A DNA stretch of 50,244 nucleotides, taken from assembly GCA_050692015.1 (NCBI GenBank), contig JBOGTE010000002.1:1-50244 (forward strand), given 5' to 3'. Positions 16,864-26,773 of the stretch are shown here, piece after piece. Origin of the DNA: Candidatus Limnocylindria bacterium. Lineage in GTDB: Bacteria > Chloroflexota > Limnocylindria > P2-11E. The position numbers and the translations under genes were made by a program. How positions within the stretch are numbered: position 1 is the stretch's first letter; each line of letters begins with the position of its first letter. The notes under the pieces are model-generated. The model saw only the letters and a list, made by a program, of their open reading frames with translations, did no database searches and was not told the origin of the DNA.

Positions 16864-19157
16864 GCGATCAGCTCGGCGACGGCCGCCTTCACGTCGTGGC
16901 CGATGGCGTACGCCGGCCCCACGCACGACGGGCACCCGGTCTCGCAGTCGCACGCGGCGACGTGCTCCCGCGCACGCTCGAGGAGCGCTTCCGACGAGCG
17001 GAAAAGCCGCTCCGAGAAGCCCACGCCGCCGGGAGTCATGTCGAAGAGGTAGAGCGTCGGGCGCTCGGTGTGCGGGGAGCGGACCTCGACCGAGAGGCCG
17101 AGGTCATGGGGGTCGCACATCAGGAAGAGCGGCGCGAGGCCGTGAAGCAGGTTGCCCAGACCCGCCAGAGCCACCTCGACGCGCTCGCGCGGCCAGCCCG
17201 GCGTCGCGCCGTCGGCCAGCGAGAGCCAGTACGACGTCGTCTGTAGCTCCTGCTCGGGGAGGTGGATCTTCCCCCAGCCGACGTTCTCGTGCGTGTACAT
17301 CGTCAGCTTCTTGTAGACCGTGGCCAGGGCGCTCACGAGGACCTCGCCGTGCGACCGTGTGAAGCGCTCGCGGCCCGAGCGCTTCGGCAGAGCGTCCGTC
17401 GCGAACGAATCGAGCACGCGGATGCGCACCGCGAGGCCCGCGTCGGTGTAGTGGTCCACCTTCACCTCGGTCACGTAGGCCTTGGCGTTCTCCCAGTCCA
17501 GGCGCTCCACCTGGTACTGGCGCGACTCGTGAAGGTAGATGGCCTGCTCGTGCACGAGCACCGGGGCGGCGAAGCGGTCCACCTCGCCGATCACCCGCGT
17601 GTGGCCCCGGGTCGTATCGACGATCACGACGTTGTCGTTGCTGGCGGTGCGCAGCGACATCGCCTCGGCGGGGAAGGCCTGCGCCGACCAGTGGTAGCGG
17701 CCGTCGGCCTCGTGCAGGATGCCCTGCTCGTCGAGGTAGGAGAGGACGCCGGGCGTGTCCTCCGTGCCGAAGCGCTCGGTCCGCTCGAAGGGCAGCTCGA
17801 AGGCGCCGCACTTGAGGTGCCCCACCAGGACGTGGAGGTTGTCGGGGTTGACCAGGCCCTGCTCGGGCGGCCTGCGCAAGACATGGTCGGGGTGCTGCAC
17901 GACGTACTGGTCCGTCGGCGACGACGTGGCGACGAGGAAGGCGGCCGAGAGCTCGCCGCGGCGGCCGGCGCGGCCCATGCGCTGCCACGTCGAGGCGACG
18001 GTGCCCGGGTAGCCCACCAGCACCGCGGCCTGGAGCGCGCCGATGTCGATGCCCAGCTCCAGGGCGTTGGTGGAGACGACGCCGCGCACCGTCCCCTCGC
18101 GCAGGCCCCGCTCGATGGCCCGCCGCTCGCTGGGCAGGTAGCCGCCGCGATAGCCGCGGACGAGGTCGCCCGGCCACTGCGGCTCCGGGAACCGGGAGCG
18201 CAGGTAGGTGAGCAGGAGCTCGGTCTGCACGCGCGAGCGCGTGAAGCAGATGGTCTGGATGCCGGACGCCAGGAGAGTCGCTGCGATGTCGCGGCCGGAG
18301 AGCAGCGCGCTCCTGCGGATGCCGAGGGAGGCGTTCACCACCGGCGGCTGCACGAACGCGATGACCTTCTCGCCCTGCGGCGCTCCGGACTCGTCGATCA
18401 GCACGACGTCGTCCTCGACGTGGCGGCGGGCCAGCTCCTCGGGGTTCGCGATGGTCGCGGACGTGCAGATGAAGGTGGGGTGCGAGCCGTAGAAGGCGCA
18501 GATGCGCCGCAGCCTGCGCAGCACGTTCGCCACATTGCTGCCGAAGACGCCGCGGTACGTGTGCAGCTCGTCCAGCACGACGTAGCGGAGGTCCTCGAAG
18601 AGCTTCACCCACTTGGTGTGGTGGGGGAGGATCCCCGTGTGGAGCATGTCCGGGTTCGTGATGACCACGTGCCCGGCCGAGCGGACCTGGGCGCGCGCCT
18701 GCGGCGGCGTGTCGCCGTCGTAGGTGTACGTCTTGAGCTCGATCTCCATCTCCGTGGAGAGCCGCTCGAGCTCGGCCAGCTGGTCCTGCGCCAGCGCCTT
18801 GGTGGGGAAGATGAAGAGCGCCCGCGCGGACGGGTCCTTGGCGATGGCGTGCAGGACGGGGAGGTCGTAGCAGAGCGTCTTGCCCGAGGCGGTCGGCGTG
18901 ACCACGACGACGTTCCGCTCCGCGTGCGCCGCCTCGAGCGCCGCGGCCTGGTGCGAGTAGAGCGCCTCGATCCCGCGCCGGCGCAGCGAGCGGACGATCC
19001 GCTCGTCCAGCCACACGGGGAAGGGCGCGTAGCGGGGCGCCTTCGCAGGAAGGCGCTCCCACCTCGTGACCAGCGAGGCGAACTCGGGGTCCCGCTCGAA
19101 GGAGTCGAGGATCTGCTCCAGGCTGGTGCGGGCGGGGAATGGAACAGCAGTTCGCAT
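16860..19157 (-). CDS. mrfA: DEAD/DEAH-box helicase with C-terminal DUF1998 four-Cys domain (YprA/MrfA-like)
   Basis: Walker A VVTPTASGKT, DExH box VLDELHTY, helicase C motifs, and C-terminal CDCETGCPSC as in DUF1998. Start taken at MRTAVPF (19157), not the ORF-track 19352. Confidence 0.8.
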   Translation of the reverse strand: MRTAVPFPARTSLEQILDSFERDPEFASLVTRWERLPAKAPRYAPFPVWLDERIVRSLRRRGIEALYSHQAAALEAAHAERNVVVVTPTASGKTLCYDLPVLHAIAKDPSARALFIFPTKALAQDQLAELERLSTEMEIELKTYTYDGDTPPQARAQVRSAGHVVITNPDMLHTGILPHHTKWVKLFEDLRYVVLDELHTYRGVFGSNVANVLRRLRRICAFYGSHPTFICTSATIANPEELARRHVEDDVVLIDESGAPQGEKVIAFVQPPVVNASLGIRRSALLSGRDIAATLLASGIQTICFTRSRVQTELLLTYLRSRFPEPQWPGDLVRGYRGGYLPSERRAIERGLREGTVRGVVSTNALELGIDIGALQAAVLVGYPGTVASTWQRMGRAGRRGELSAAFLVATSSPTDQYVVQHPDHVLRRPPEQGLVNPDNLHVLVGHLKCGAFELPFERTERFGTEDTPGVLSYLDEQGILHEADGRYHWSAQAFPAEAMSLRTASNDNVVIVDTTRGHTRVIGEVDRFAAPVLVHEQAIYLHESRQYQVERLDWENAKAYVTEVKVDHYTDAGLAVRIRVLDSFATDALPKRSGRERFTRSHGEVLVSALATVYKKLTMYTHENVGWGKIHLPEQELQTTSYWLSLADGATPGWPRERVEVALAGLGNLLHGLAPLFLMCDPHDLGLSVEVRSPHTERPTLYLFDMTPGGVGFSERLFRSSEALLERAREHVAACDCETGCPSCVGPAYAIGHDVKAAVAELIA
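19142..19153. promoter_or_regulatory. GAAC-N4-GTTC palindrome (LexA/Cheo-type SOS box), box 1
   Basis: tGGAACagcaGTTCGc lies immediately inside the first codons of the helicase gene (start codon at 19155-19157). Confidence 0.5.
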
Positions 19158-19166
19158 AGGCGCGCC

Positions 19167-19195
19167 ACGATATGGAACGCCCGTTCGGAGGTCAA
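19167..19195 (-). promoter_or_regulatory. Predicted promoter of the mrfA-like operon: -35 TTGACC / 17 nt / -10 TATCGT, with SOS box 2 (GAACgcccGTTC, 19175-19186) in the spacer
   Basis: Minus strand reads TTGACCtccGAACgggcGTTCcaTATCGT, then 9 nt, then ATG. A LexA operator between -35 and -10 is the classic SOS-promoter layout. Confidence 0.5.
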
Positions 19196-19270
19196 GAGAG
19201 GCCCCACACTGCTGGGACGGCGCGGGCGGGCCGTCCCTAGTCCAGCATGCCGCCGTTAGGTAGAGGTGGA

Positions 19271-20965
19271 ATGCACTCCGACCGTCTGAGCGGCTCCGAC
19301 GTCGAGCGCGCGGCCCTTCGCCTGCGGCTCGCCGCGGCCGCTCTCGCGACAACGCTCATCCTTCTGGGTGGCGACGCTCCCGCGGCCGTCCCGCTCGTCC
19401 TGCTCGGCTACGTGCTCGTGGCCGTGGCGGCCAGGTTCGGCACGCCGCTTCTGACGGGAGCGCCCGCCGGCGTCGCGGTCATCGGCGCGATGGGGCTCGA
19501 CATCGCCGCGACCGCGGGCCTCGTCGCCGCCCTGCCTATCGACCGCCCGGCGTGGATGCTCTTCCTGTTCCCGATCGGGCACGGCGCGCTCCGCTTCGGG
19601 CCGCTCGGCGCGGCCGCCGCCGCGGCCATCGCCATCGTGCTCGTGGACGTCACCATCGCGCTCCGTCTGTCCGAGGCCGAGGCTATCCAGCTCTGGCCGC
19701 TGCAGCTGCTGGTGGCGGCCGCCCTCGTGGCCGCGGAGCTCGCGCGGCTCCGCGAGCGGGACGAGCGCGAGCACGACATGCTGCGGCGCCGCGCGGCCGC
19801 GCGGGAGGACCTGTCGGCCGGCGTCGCCTCGGCGCACGTCCTGCGCTCCGCGACCGAGCACCTCTCCCGGCTGCCCGGCGTGACCGCCGCCTGGGCCTGG
19901 GTCCAGAAGGACGACGGGATACTGGTCGAGCACGAGCGGGGCGACCTTCCGGCACCGCTGCGCGAGGTGACGAGCCGCGCGGCCGAGATGCCTTCGCGCG
20001 GCAGGGTCGTCGCCTCCGAGCACGTCGTGCCGTCGCTCCTCGAGGGGCGCGTCATCGGGCTGCATGACGATCCCTACACCGCGGTGGGCGTCATCCTCGA
20101 CCCGGCCGGTACGGACGCGGAGCGGCGTGACGCGCTCATGCTCGACATCGCGGACGCTTCGGCGCGGGCCCTCGCGGCGGCGGTGGAGCGCGAGCGCGCC
20201 GAGCGGGCTGTCGGGGAGCTGCGGGTCGCCCTCGAGAGCGTTCGCGGCCAGCTGCGCGCGAAGGAGGAGGCGGTCGCGACGGCGGTCCACGAGCTCCGGA
20301 CCCCTCTCACCAGCGTGGGCGGCTACGCGCAGATCGTCTCCCGCCACCTCGACACCATGCAGCGGCAGGTCGCGCAGCTGGCGCGGCTGATCTCGGACCT
20401 CCAGCCGGCGGCCGCGCGCTCGGCGGAGCTGACCGTGGCGCCGCTGGACCTCCGCGACCTGGTGCGCGGGGCCGTGTCCCGCGTGCGCGTCCTGTCGGAC
20501 GCCAACGTCGAGCTGGACGAGCCTCGAGCTCCGATCGTCCTAACGGTGGACGGCCCGCGCATCGGCCAGGTGATCGACAACCTCCTCGGGAACGCCGTGA
20601 AGTACTCGCCCGCGCCGGCGAGGATCGCGGTCGGCCTGCGCGAGGAGGACGACAGCGTCCTGCTGACGGTCACGGACCAGGGGCGGGGCATCTCCGCCGA
20701 GGACCTGCCGCGCCTCTTTGAGCGCGGCTACCGCGCGGCGGACGACGTGCGCGGGCAGGGCCTGGGGCTCGCCGTCGTCCGCGAGGTGGTCGAGGCCCAC
20801 GGCGGCCGAGTGGGCGCGTCGAGCCCGGGCGAGGGCGCCGGCAGCACCTTCTGGATGGTGCTGCCCAGGGCCGCCCGGCCCGCGATCCCAGATGGCAACG
20901 GGGAGCGGCCGCCCGCGGCGGACGAAGGCGAGGCCGACCGCGTGCCGCGGGAGCCCGCGGGTTAG
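19271..20965 (+). CDS. Sensor histidine kinase (HisKA + HATPase_c), membrane-anchored. No adjacent response regulator
   Basis: N-terminal TM helices, H-box VHELRTPLTSV, N/G boxes (DNLLGNAVKYS, DQGRGI, GQGLGLAVV). An alternative start lies at 19247. Confidence 0.8.
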   Translation: MHSDRLSGSDVERAALRLRLAAAALATTLILLGGDAPAAVPLVLLGYVLVAVAARFGTPLLTGAPAGVAVIGAMGLDIAATAGLVAALPIDRPAWMLFLFPIGHGALRFGPLGAAAAAAIAIVLVDVTIALRLSEAEAIQLWPLQLLVAAALVAAELARLRERDEREHDMLRRRAAAREDLSAGVASAHVLRSATEHLSRLPGVTAAWAWVQKDDGILVEHERGDLPAPLREVTSRAAEMPSRGRVVASEHVVPSLLEGRVIGLHDDPYTAVGVILDPAGTDAERRDALMLDIADASARALAAAVERERAERAVGELRVALESVRGQLRAKEEAVATAVHELRTPLTSVGGYAQIVSRHLDTMQRQVAQLARLISDLQPAAARSAELTVAPLDLRDLVRGAVSRVRVLSDANVELDEPRAPIVLTVDGPRIGQVIDNLLGNAVKYSPAPARIAVGLREEDDSVLLTVTDQGRGISAEDLPRLFERGYRAADDVRGQGLGLAVVREVVEAHGGRVGASSPGEGAGSTFWMVLPRAARPAIPDGNGERPPAADEGEADRVPREPAG

Positions 20966-20969
20966 GCGG

Positions 20970-21164
20970 CTAGCGGTCCCGGAAGATGGCGCGCGCGGCG
21001 AGCCGCAGGACGTACCAGGTCGCGAGGAACGCGCCCGCCTCGAGCGTGAAGCTGTGGAGCTTGTAGAACATCTCCGCGATCACGAGCGAGGTCGCGAGCG
21101 TCACCACGTCGATGGCGTTGATGCCCTGCAGCACGAGCGCACGGATGCCGGTCAGGTTCGTCAT
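20970..21164 (-). CDS. Small hydrophobic protein (64 aa)
   Basis: MTNLTGIRALVLQGINAIDVVTLATSLVIAEMFYKLHSFTLEAGAFLATWYVL, two predicted TM segments. Convergent with the kinase gene. Confidence 0.4.
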   Translation of the reverse strand: MTNLTGIRALVLQGINAIDVVTLATSLVIAEMFYKLHSFTLEAGAFLATWYVLRLAARAIFRDR

Positions 21165-21353
21165 GGCGCAAGAGCGTACCCTCCGGCGCCCGGGCGCGCA
21201 TCGGGCTAACCTCAGCCCGATCCGATCCAAGCCTGGCTCGAGCGACGAGCGGCTCAGCCGCGAGGAGCGAGTCCACAAGCAGCGGAGCGTGCGGCGACGC
21301 ACGGCCGGTGCGAAGCGAGGCCGGGTCGAGCGCGTTGAACAGGAGGGGGAGCA

Positions 21354-24300
21354 ATGGCCACTGCCCGCCGTACCACTCGCAGGCCCGCACGTCCCAAGCG
21401 CGCCCGGACACGGGCCGCCACGGCCGCGCCGGGCCGGACGGACCCGTTCGCCCGGCTCGAGTTCCGCCTGGCGGGGCCCTTCCGTGGCGGCCGCTGCGGG
21501 GCGGTCGCCGGGCACCCGACCGAGAGGCTGACCTTCTACATGGGAACGACCGGCGGCGGGGTGTGGAAGACGACGGACGGCGGTGCCTTCTGGGAGAACA
21601 TCTCGGACGGCTTCTTCCAGCGCGCGTCGGTGGGCGCGATCGCGGTGGCGGCGAGCGACCCGAACGTGGTCTACGTCGGCATGGGCGAGGCCTGCATCCG
21701 CGAGAACGTCTCGCACGGCGACGGCGTGTACAAGAGCAGCGACGGCGGGCGCACCTGGACGAACGTCGGTCTACAGAACACACGGAACATCAGCACGGTG
21801 GTCATCGACCCGCGCGACTCGGACAGCGTGTACGTGGCCGCCCTGGGGCACGCGCACGGACCGAACACCGAGCGCGGCGTGTTCCGGTCCCGAGACGGCG
21901 GGGCCACCTGGAAGCGCGTGCTCTACCGGGACGACACCACCGGGGCCATCGACCTCTCGATGGACCCGAACAACCCGCGGATCGTGTACGCGGCGCTCTG
22001 GGACACCGTCCGGCTCCCGCACTACATGCGGAGCGGCGGCCCCGGCAGCGGTCTGTTCAAAACAACAGATGGCGGCGACACCTGGACCGAGCTCACGCGG
22101 AAGGCCGGCCTGCCCGGCGGCACGCTCGGGAAGATCGGGATCGCCGTCGCCCCGTCCCGCCCCGACCGCGTCTACGCCATCGTCGAGGCGGCAAGCGGCG
22201 CGGTCTTCCGATCCGACGACGGCGGCGAGACGTGGCAGCGCGGCAGCGAGGACCGTAACCTCCGCCAGCGCGCCTGGTACTACCACCACATCTTCGTCGA
22301 TCCGCGCGACGCGGACACCGTGTGGGTCCTGAACGTGGACGGCTGGCGCTCCATCGACGGCGGCAAGACCTTCGAGCAGTTCCAGATACCACACGGCGAC
22401 AACCACGACCTCTGGATCGACCCGAGCGACCCCCGGAGGATGATCGAGGGGAACGACGGCGGCGCGACCGTCACGTTCAACGGCGGCGAGACGTGGTCCT
22501 CGATCTACAACCAGCCGACGGCCGAGATGTACCACGTCATCACCGACACGCGGTTCCCGTACCACATCTACGCGGGGCAGCAGGACAACACGGCCATCGC
22601 CGTTCCGAGCCGCGCGCGGATCGCGGGCATCACGGGCATCGAGGCGTACGAGATCGGCGGCGGCGAGAGCGGCTACGTGGCGATCCGCCCGGACGACCCG
22701 AACATCGCCTACTGCGGCTCGTTCCAGGGCTACCTCACGCGGTACGACCACCGCACCGGCCAGTCGCGCAACATCATGGTCTGGCCGGAGATGAGCTCCG
22801 GGCACGCGGCCAAGGACGTCCGGTACCGCTTCCAGTGGACGTTCCCCATCGTCCTCTCGCCGCACGACCCCAACACGCTCTACGTCACCGGCAACCGCGC
22901 CTTCCGCTCGCGCGACGAGGGCGAGACGTGGCAGACGATCAGCCCGGACCTGACCCGGAACGATCCCTCGCGGATGGCCGACTCCGGCGGCCCGATCACC
23001 AAGGACCAGACGGGGGCCGAGTACTACTGCACGATCTTCGCGTTCGCGGAGTCGCCCGTTAAGAAGGGCGTCCTCTGGGCCGGCTCCGACGACGGCCTGG
23101 TCCACGTGTCGAGCGACGACGGCAAGACCTGGAAGAACGTGACCCCGCGCGGCATGCCGGCCTGGTCAACGGTCTCGCTCGTCGAGGCGTCGCCGCACGA
23201 CCCGAACACCGCGTACCTCGCCGTCGAGCGCCACATGCTCGACGACTTCAAGCCCTACCTTTACAGGACCCGCGACCTGGGCCGGACGTGGACGAAGATC
23301 ACGACCGGCATCCCCGACGACGACTTCTGCCGCGCCGTCCGCGAGGACCCCGTGCGGCCGGGGCTCCTCTTCGCCGGGACCGAGACGGGCGTGTACGTCT
23401 CGTACGATGGCGGCGGGCGCTGGCAGCGGCTCCAGGCGAACCTCCCGCACGTCCCGGTGCACGACCTGGTCGTCAAGGACACGGACCTGGTCCTCGGGAC
23501 GCACGGCCGCTCGTTCTGGGTCCTGGACGACATGACCGCGGTGCGCGAGTGGGCCGCGCCGAAGAGCGGCGAGCGGGCGCGCCTGTCCGCTCCGCGTCCC
23601 ACCTACCGCATCCGGTCAAAGGGCGGCTTCCCCGGGAAGCCGGTCCTCGGCAAGAACTACCGCTTCACCGACGCGGCGATGCTCACGTACCGGCTCTCCG
23701 AGACGAAGGACGCGCCCGGCGAGAAGCAGGAGACCTACCTCGACGCCGGCAAGAACCCGCCCGACGGCGTGATCGTCTCGTACTGGCTCCGCGAGCGGCC
23801 GGAGGGCGACGTCACGATGTCCTTCCACGACGCCCGCGGGAAGCTCATCCGCTCCTTCAGCAGCCGCAAGACCGCCGCCACGGAGGCGTCCCCGGCGAGC
23901 GCCGCGCTCCCGGCAGAAGGCGCCGAGACGGTGACGGGGCCCGGCGCCTCTCCCACGGCCGCCAAGCCCGAGGACGAGGACAAGAAGGAGCCGCGCGTCC
24001 CCAAGGAGCCCGGTCTCAACCGGTTCGTGTGGAACATGCGGCATCCCGACGCGTCCAAGGTCGCGGACGACCCGTCGATGGAGGAATTCGAGCGGGCCCT
24101 CGCGGGCCCGGTCGTGCCGCCCGGCCGCTACCAGGTGCGGCTGAAGGTGGGGGACACCACGCTCACCGAGGGCTTCGAGGTCCGCATGGACCCGCGCGTC
24201 GAGGTGCGGGACGAGGACCTGCGTCAGCAGTTCGAGCTGCTCCTGGCGATCCGCGACAAGCTCTCCGAGACGCACGACGCCATCAGCAGGATCCGCTCCC

Positions 24301-24722
24301 TGCGCAAGCAGATCGAGGAGTGGGAGGTGCGCAGCGGCAAGGACCGCTCGCTCCGCGCCGTCACGCGCTCGGCCTCGTCGCTGCGGAAGGCGCTCGTGGC
24401 GGTCGAGGAGGAGCTGGTGCAGACCAAGGCGCGCAGCCGCCAGGACACCCTGAACTTCCCGATCAAGCTGAACGCGAAGCTCGGGGGACTCGGTGCCGCC
24501 GTGGCCCAGGGCGACGCCCGGCCGACGGCCGCGCAGCGCGCGGTGTTCCAGGACCTGGGGCGCCGCATCGACGCGCAGCTCGTGAAGCTGCGGGCGCTCA
24601 CGGACAAGGACGTGCCGCAGCTGGCGCGTACGATCCGGAGCGCGGGCGTGCCGCCGATCGTCCTGGAGGGCGGGGCCGACCGGCGTCCGGCCAGGACCAG
24701 GAAGGCCGCGGCCGCGACCTAA
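21354..24722 (+). CDS. BNR/Asp-box repeat (sortilin/VPS10-like) beta-propeller protein
   Basis: Multiple S-x-D-x-G-x-T-W Asp-box repeats (SSDGGRTWT, SRDGGATWK, TTDGGDTWT, SDDGGETWQ, SIDGGKTF, SRDEGETWQ, SSDDGKTWK, YDGGGRWQ). GGAGG RBS 6 nt upstream. The Arg-rich N-terminal 60 aa may mean the true start is the internal MGTTGGG. Confidence 0.8.
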   Translation: MATARRTTRRPARPKRARTRAATAAPGRTDPFARLEFRLAGPFRGGRCGAVAGHPTERLTFYMGTTGGGVWKTTDGGAFWENISDGFFQRASVGAIAVAASDPNVVYVGMGEACIRENVSHGDGVYKSSDGGRTWTNVGLQNTRNISTVVIDPRDSDSVYVAALGHAHGPNTERGVFRSRDGGATWKRVLYRDDTTGAIDLSMDPNNPRIVYAALWDTVRLPHYMRSGGPGSGLFKTTDGGDTWTELTRKAGLPGGTLGKIGIAVAPSRPDRVYAIVEAASGAVFRSDDGGETWQRGSEDRNLRQRAWYYHHIFVDPRDADTVWVLNVDGWRSIDGGKTFEQFQIPHGDNHDLWIDPSDPRRMIEGNDGGATVTFNGGETWSSIYNQPTAEMYHVITDTRFPYHIYAGQQDNTAIAVPSRARIAGITGIEAYEIGGGESGYVAIRPDDPNIAYCGSFQGYLTRYDHRTGQSRNIMVWPEMSSGHAAKDVRYRFQWTFPIVLSPHDPNTLYVTGNRAFRSRDEGETWQTISPDLTRNDPSRMADSGGPITKDQTGAEYYCTIFAFAESPVKKGVLWAGSDDGLVHVSSDDGKTWKNVTPRGMPAWSTVSLVEASPHDPNTAYLAVERHMLDDFKPYLYRTRDLGRTWTKITTGIPDDDFCRAVREDPVRPGLLFAGTETGVYVSYDGGGRWQRLQANLPHVPVHDLVVKDTDLVLGTHGRSFWVLDDMTAVREWAAPKSGERARLSAPRPTYRIRSKGGFPGKPVLGKNYRFTDAAMLTYRLSETKDAPGEKQETYLDAGKNPPDGVIVSYWLRERPEGDVTMSFHDARGKLIRSFSSRKTAATEASPASAALPAEGAETVTGPGASPTAAKPEDEDKKEPRVPKEPGLNRFVWNMRHPDASKVADDPSMEEFERALAGPVVPPGRYQVRLKVGDTTLTEGFEVRMDPRVEVRDEDLRQQFELLLAIRDKLSETHDAISRIRSLRKQIEEWEVRSGKDRSLRAVTRSASSLRKALVAVEEELVQTKARSRQDTLNFPIKLNAKLGGLGAAVAQGDARPTAAQRAVFQDLGRRIDAQLVKLRALTDKDVPQLARTIRSAGVPPIVLEGGADRRPARTRKAAAAT

Positions 24723-25921
24723 TGCCTAAGCGGTACGACGGGTATCGCTCGTTCCAGTACCTCCAGGCCGGGACGGACTACCGCGAGTTCCGGCTCGCGA
24801 AGGACGTCGGGCGCGTGGCCACCTACGACATGGGGCTGTCGCGGGAGCAGGCCGAGCGCGCGGAGCGCCTGTTGGCCGAGCACCCGGTCGTCTCGCTCCA
24901 CGACCACACCGCCATCGCGCCGGAGGACCCCGCCGAGCTCATGGAGCAGCGTCGGAGCGGCCGCGACGCGACAGGCTACGCGGGCCTCGCCGGCTCCGGC
25001 ACGGACGTGTTCTTCGAGAACTTCATGGACGGGACGGCGCTCATCACCTCTCGGCGCGGCTGGAAGTGGGACGACATCGTCCTCGACCTGGGCATGCGCC
25101 TCTCGGACATCGCCCACCAGGACCTCGTCTATGTGGCCACCACGATCGACCAGGTCCTTGACGCGAAGCCGAGCGGCCGCATCGCGTTCGTCGCCTGTCT
25201 CGAAGCGGCGACGGCCATCGAGAACGAGGTGGACCGAGTTGACGTGCTCTACGGCTTCGGGGTCCGCTGCATGGGCATCACCTACAGCGAGGCCAACGCG
25301 CTCGGGTCCGGGCTGCGCGAGGAGCGCGACGGCGGCCTGACCGACCTTGGCCGCGAGGTGGTCGTGCGCATGAACAGGCTGGGCATGACCATAGACCTGG
25401 CGCACGTCGGCGACCGGACCTCGCTCGACACGATCGAGCTCTCGGAGAGGCCCGTCTTCATCACGCATGCCGGCGCGCGGGCGCTCTGGCCGACCAAGCG
25501 CATGAAGCCGGACGAGGTCCTCCGGGCGATGGCGGCGAAGGGCGGGGTCATCGGGGTCGAGGCCGCGCCGCACACGACGCTCACGAAGAAGCACCCCAAG
25601 CACTCGCTCGACTCCGTCATGGAGCACGTTGAGTACTGCGTCGGGCTCCTGGGCGTGGACCACGTGGCGCTCGGGCCGGACACCCTCTTCGGCGACCACG
25701 TGGGCCTGCACCACGCCTTCGCCGAGGCGCTCTCCATCGGCCGCATCACCGAGGGGCTGCAATACCCAAAGGTCGAGTACGTGGACGGCATGGAGAGCCC
25801 CGGCGAGGCCATGCGGAACGCCGTGGGCTGGATGGTCAAGCACGGGTGGTCCGACGCGGATATCGCGAAGATCGCCGGCGGGAACGTGATCCGCGTGCTC
25901 CGCGAGACCTGGGCCCGCTAG
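24722..25921 (+). CDS. Membrane dipeptidase (peptidase family M19)
   Basis: 399 aa with M19 motifs (HDHT..., GVRCMGITYSEAN, DLAHV, GPDT). The start overlaps the upstream stop (TAATG). Confidence 0.8.
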   Translation: MPKRYDGYRSFQYLQAGTDYREFRLAKDVGRVATYDMGLSREQAERAERLLAEHPVVSLHDHTAIAPEDPAELMEQRRSGRDATGYAGLAGSGTDVFFENFMDGTALITSRRGWKWDDIVLDLGMRLSDIAHQDLVYVATTIDQVLDAKPSGRIAFVACLEAATAIENEVDRVDVLYGFGVRCMGITYSEANALGSGLREERDGGLTDLGREVVVRMNRLGMTIDLAHVGDRTSLDTIELSERPVFITHAGARALWPTKRMKPDEVLRAMAAKGGVIGVEAAPHTTLTKKHPKHSLDSVMEHVEYCVGLLGVDHVALGPDTLFGDHVGLHHAFAEALSIGRITEGLQYPKVEYVDGMESPGEAMRNAVGWMVKHGWSDADIAKIAGGNVIRVLRETWAR

Positions 25922-26748
25922 GACCCGCCTGGGAGCGCCTCGGCCACGAACCCCGAGACCGCGTTCACGAGCTCCGGGCCCGCGAGCAGCGCCAGGTCGT
26001 TGTGATCCGCGCCCGCGATCTCGACGAACCGCTTCGGCTCGCCGGCGGCCTCGTACAGGCGGCGGGAGTGGACCATCGGAATGATGCGGTCGGCGCTTCC
26101 CGCCAGCACGAGCACCGGTGAACGCACCTCCCCGATGCGGGCGATCGAGTCGTAGCGCTCGACGAGCAGCGGGCCGACCGGAAGCCAGGGGTAGTGCAGC
26201 CTCGCCATGTCCTCTAGGGAGGTGAAGGGCGAGCGCAGGATGAGCGCCAGCGGCGCGCGCTCGACCGCCAGCTGTATCGCCACGGCCGCGCCGAGGGACT
26301 CGCCGAAGTAGGCGATCCTGCCCGGGTCGGCGCCGCTCGCGACGAGCAGGTCCAGCGCCGCGCGGGCGTCGGCCAGTAGCCCGTCCTCGCTCGGCGTGCC
26401 CGCCTGGCCGGCGTACCCGCGGTAGTCGAAGAGCAGGACGCCGAGACCCTCGGTCGCCAGAGCCGTCGCGAGCGGCGCGCGGTGGGAACGGTCGCCCGCG
26501 TTCCCGTTCATCACGAGGACGGTCGCGCCGCCGGGCGGCGCCGCGCGATACCAGCCGCTCAGCTCGAGGCCGTCGGCCGTGGTGAAGCGCACCTCCTCCG
26601 CGCCCGGCAGCGCCGACGCGACCGGCGGTGGCTGCTGCGAGAGCGGGAAGTAGATGAACGACCGCTGAAGTGACGAGAACAGTCCCGGCATCAGGGCCAC
26701 CAGGACCAGCGCCGCCGCCGCGGCGAGCAGGAGTGGCCGGGCATTCAC
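25918..26748 (-). CDS. Alpha/beta-fold hydrolase
   Basis: N-terminal TM/signal segment, nucleophile elbow GESLGAAVA, and a C-terminal D...H (GADHND). Confidence 0.7.
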   Translation of the reverse strand: MNARPLLLAAAAALVLVALMPGLFSSLQRSFIYFPLSQQPPPVASALPGAEEVRFTTADGLELSGWYRAAPPGGATVLVMNGNAGDRSHRAPLATALATEGLGVLLFDYRGYAGQAGTPSEDGLLADARAALDLLVASGADPGRIAYFGESLGAAVAIQLAVERAPLALILRSPFTSLEDMARLHYPWLPVGPLLVERYDSIARIGEVRSPVLVLAGSADRIIPMVHSRRLYEAAGEPKRFVEIAGADHNDLALLAGPELVNAVSGFVAEALPGGS

Positions 26749-26773
26749 GCGTGCCGGAGGCGTCGCGATGATC

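Noticed and set aside
23288-24721. 5' extension of the dipeptidase frame (ORF 23288-25921) and the N-terminal extensions of 26768-28315, 28358-31132, 3760-4719, 9024-10094 and 16860-19352
   Set aside because: The conserved family N-termini begin at internal start codons (24722, 27719, 30277, 4422, 9381, 19157). The upstream stretches overlap other genes and have non-protein-like composition.
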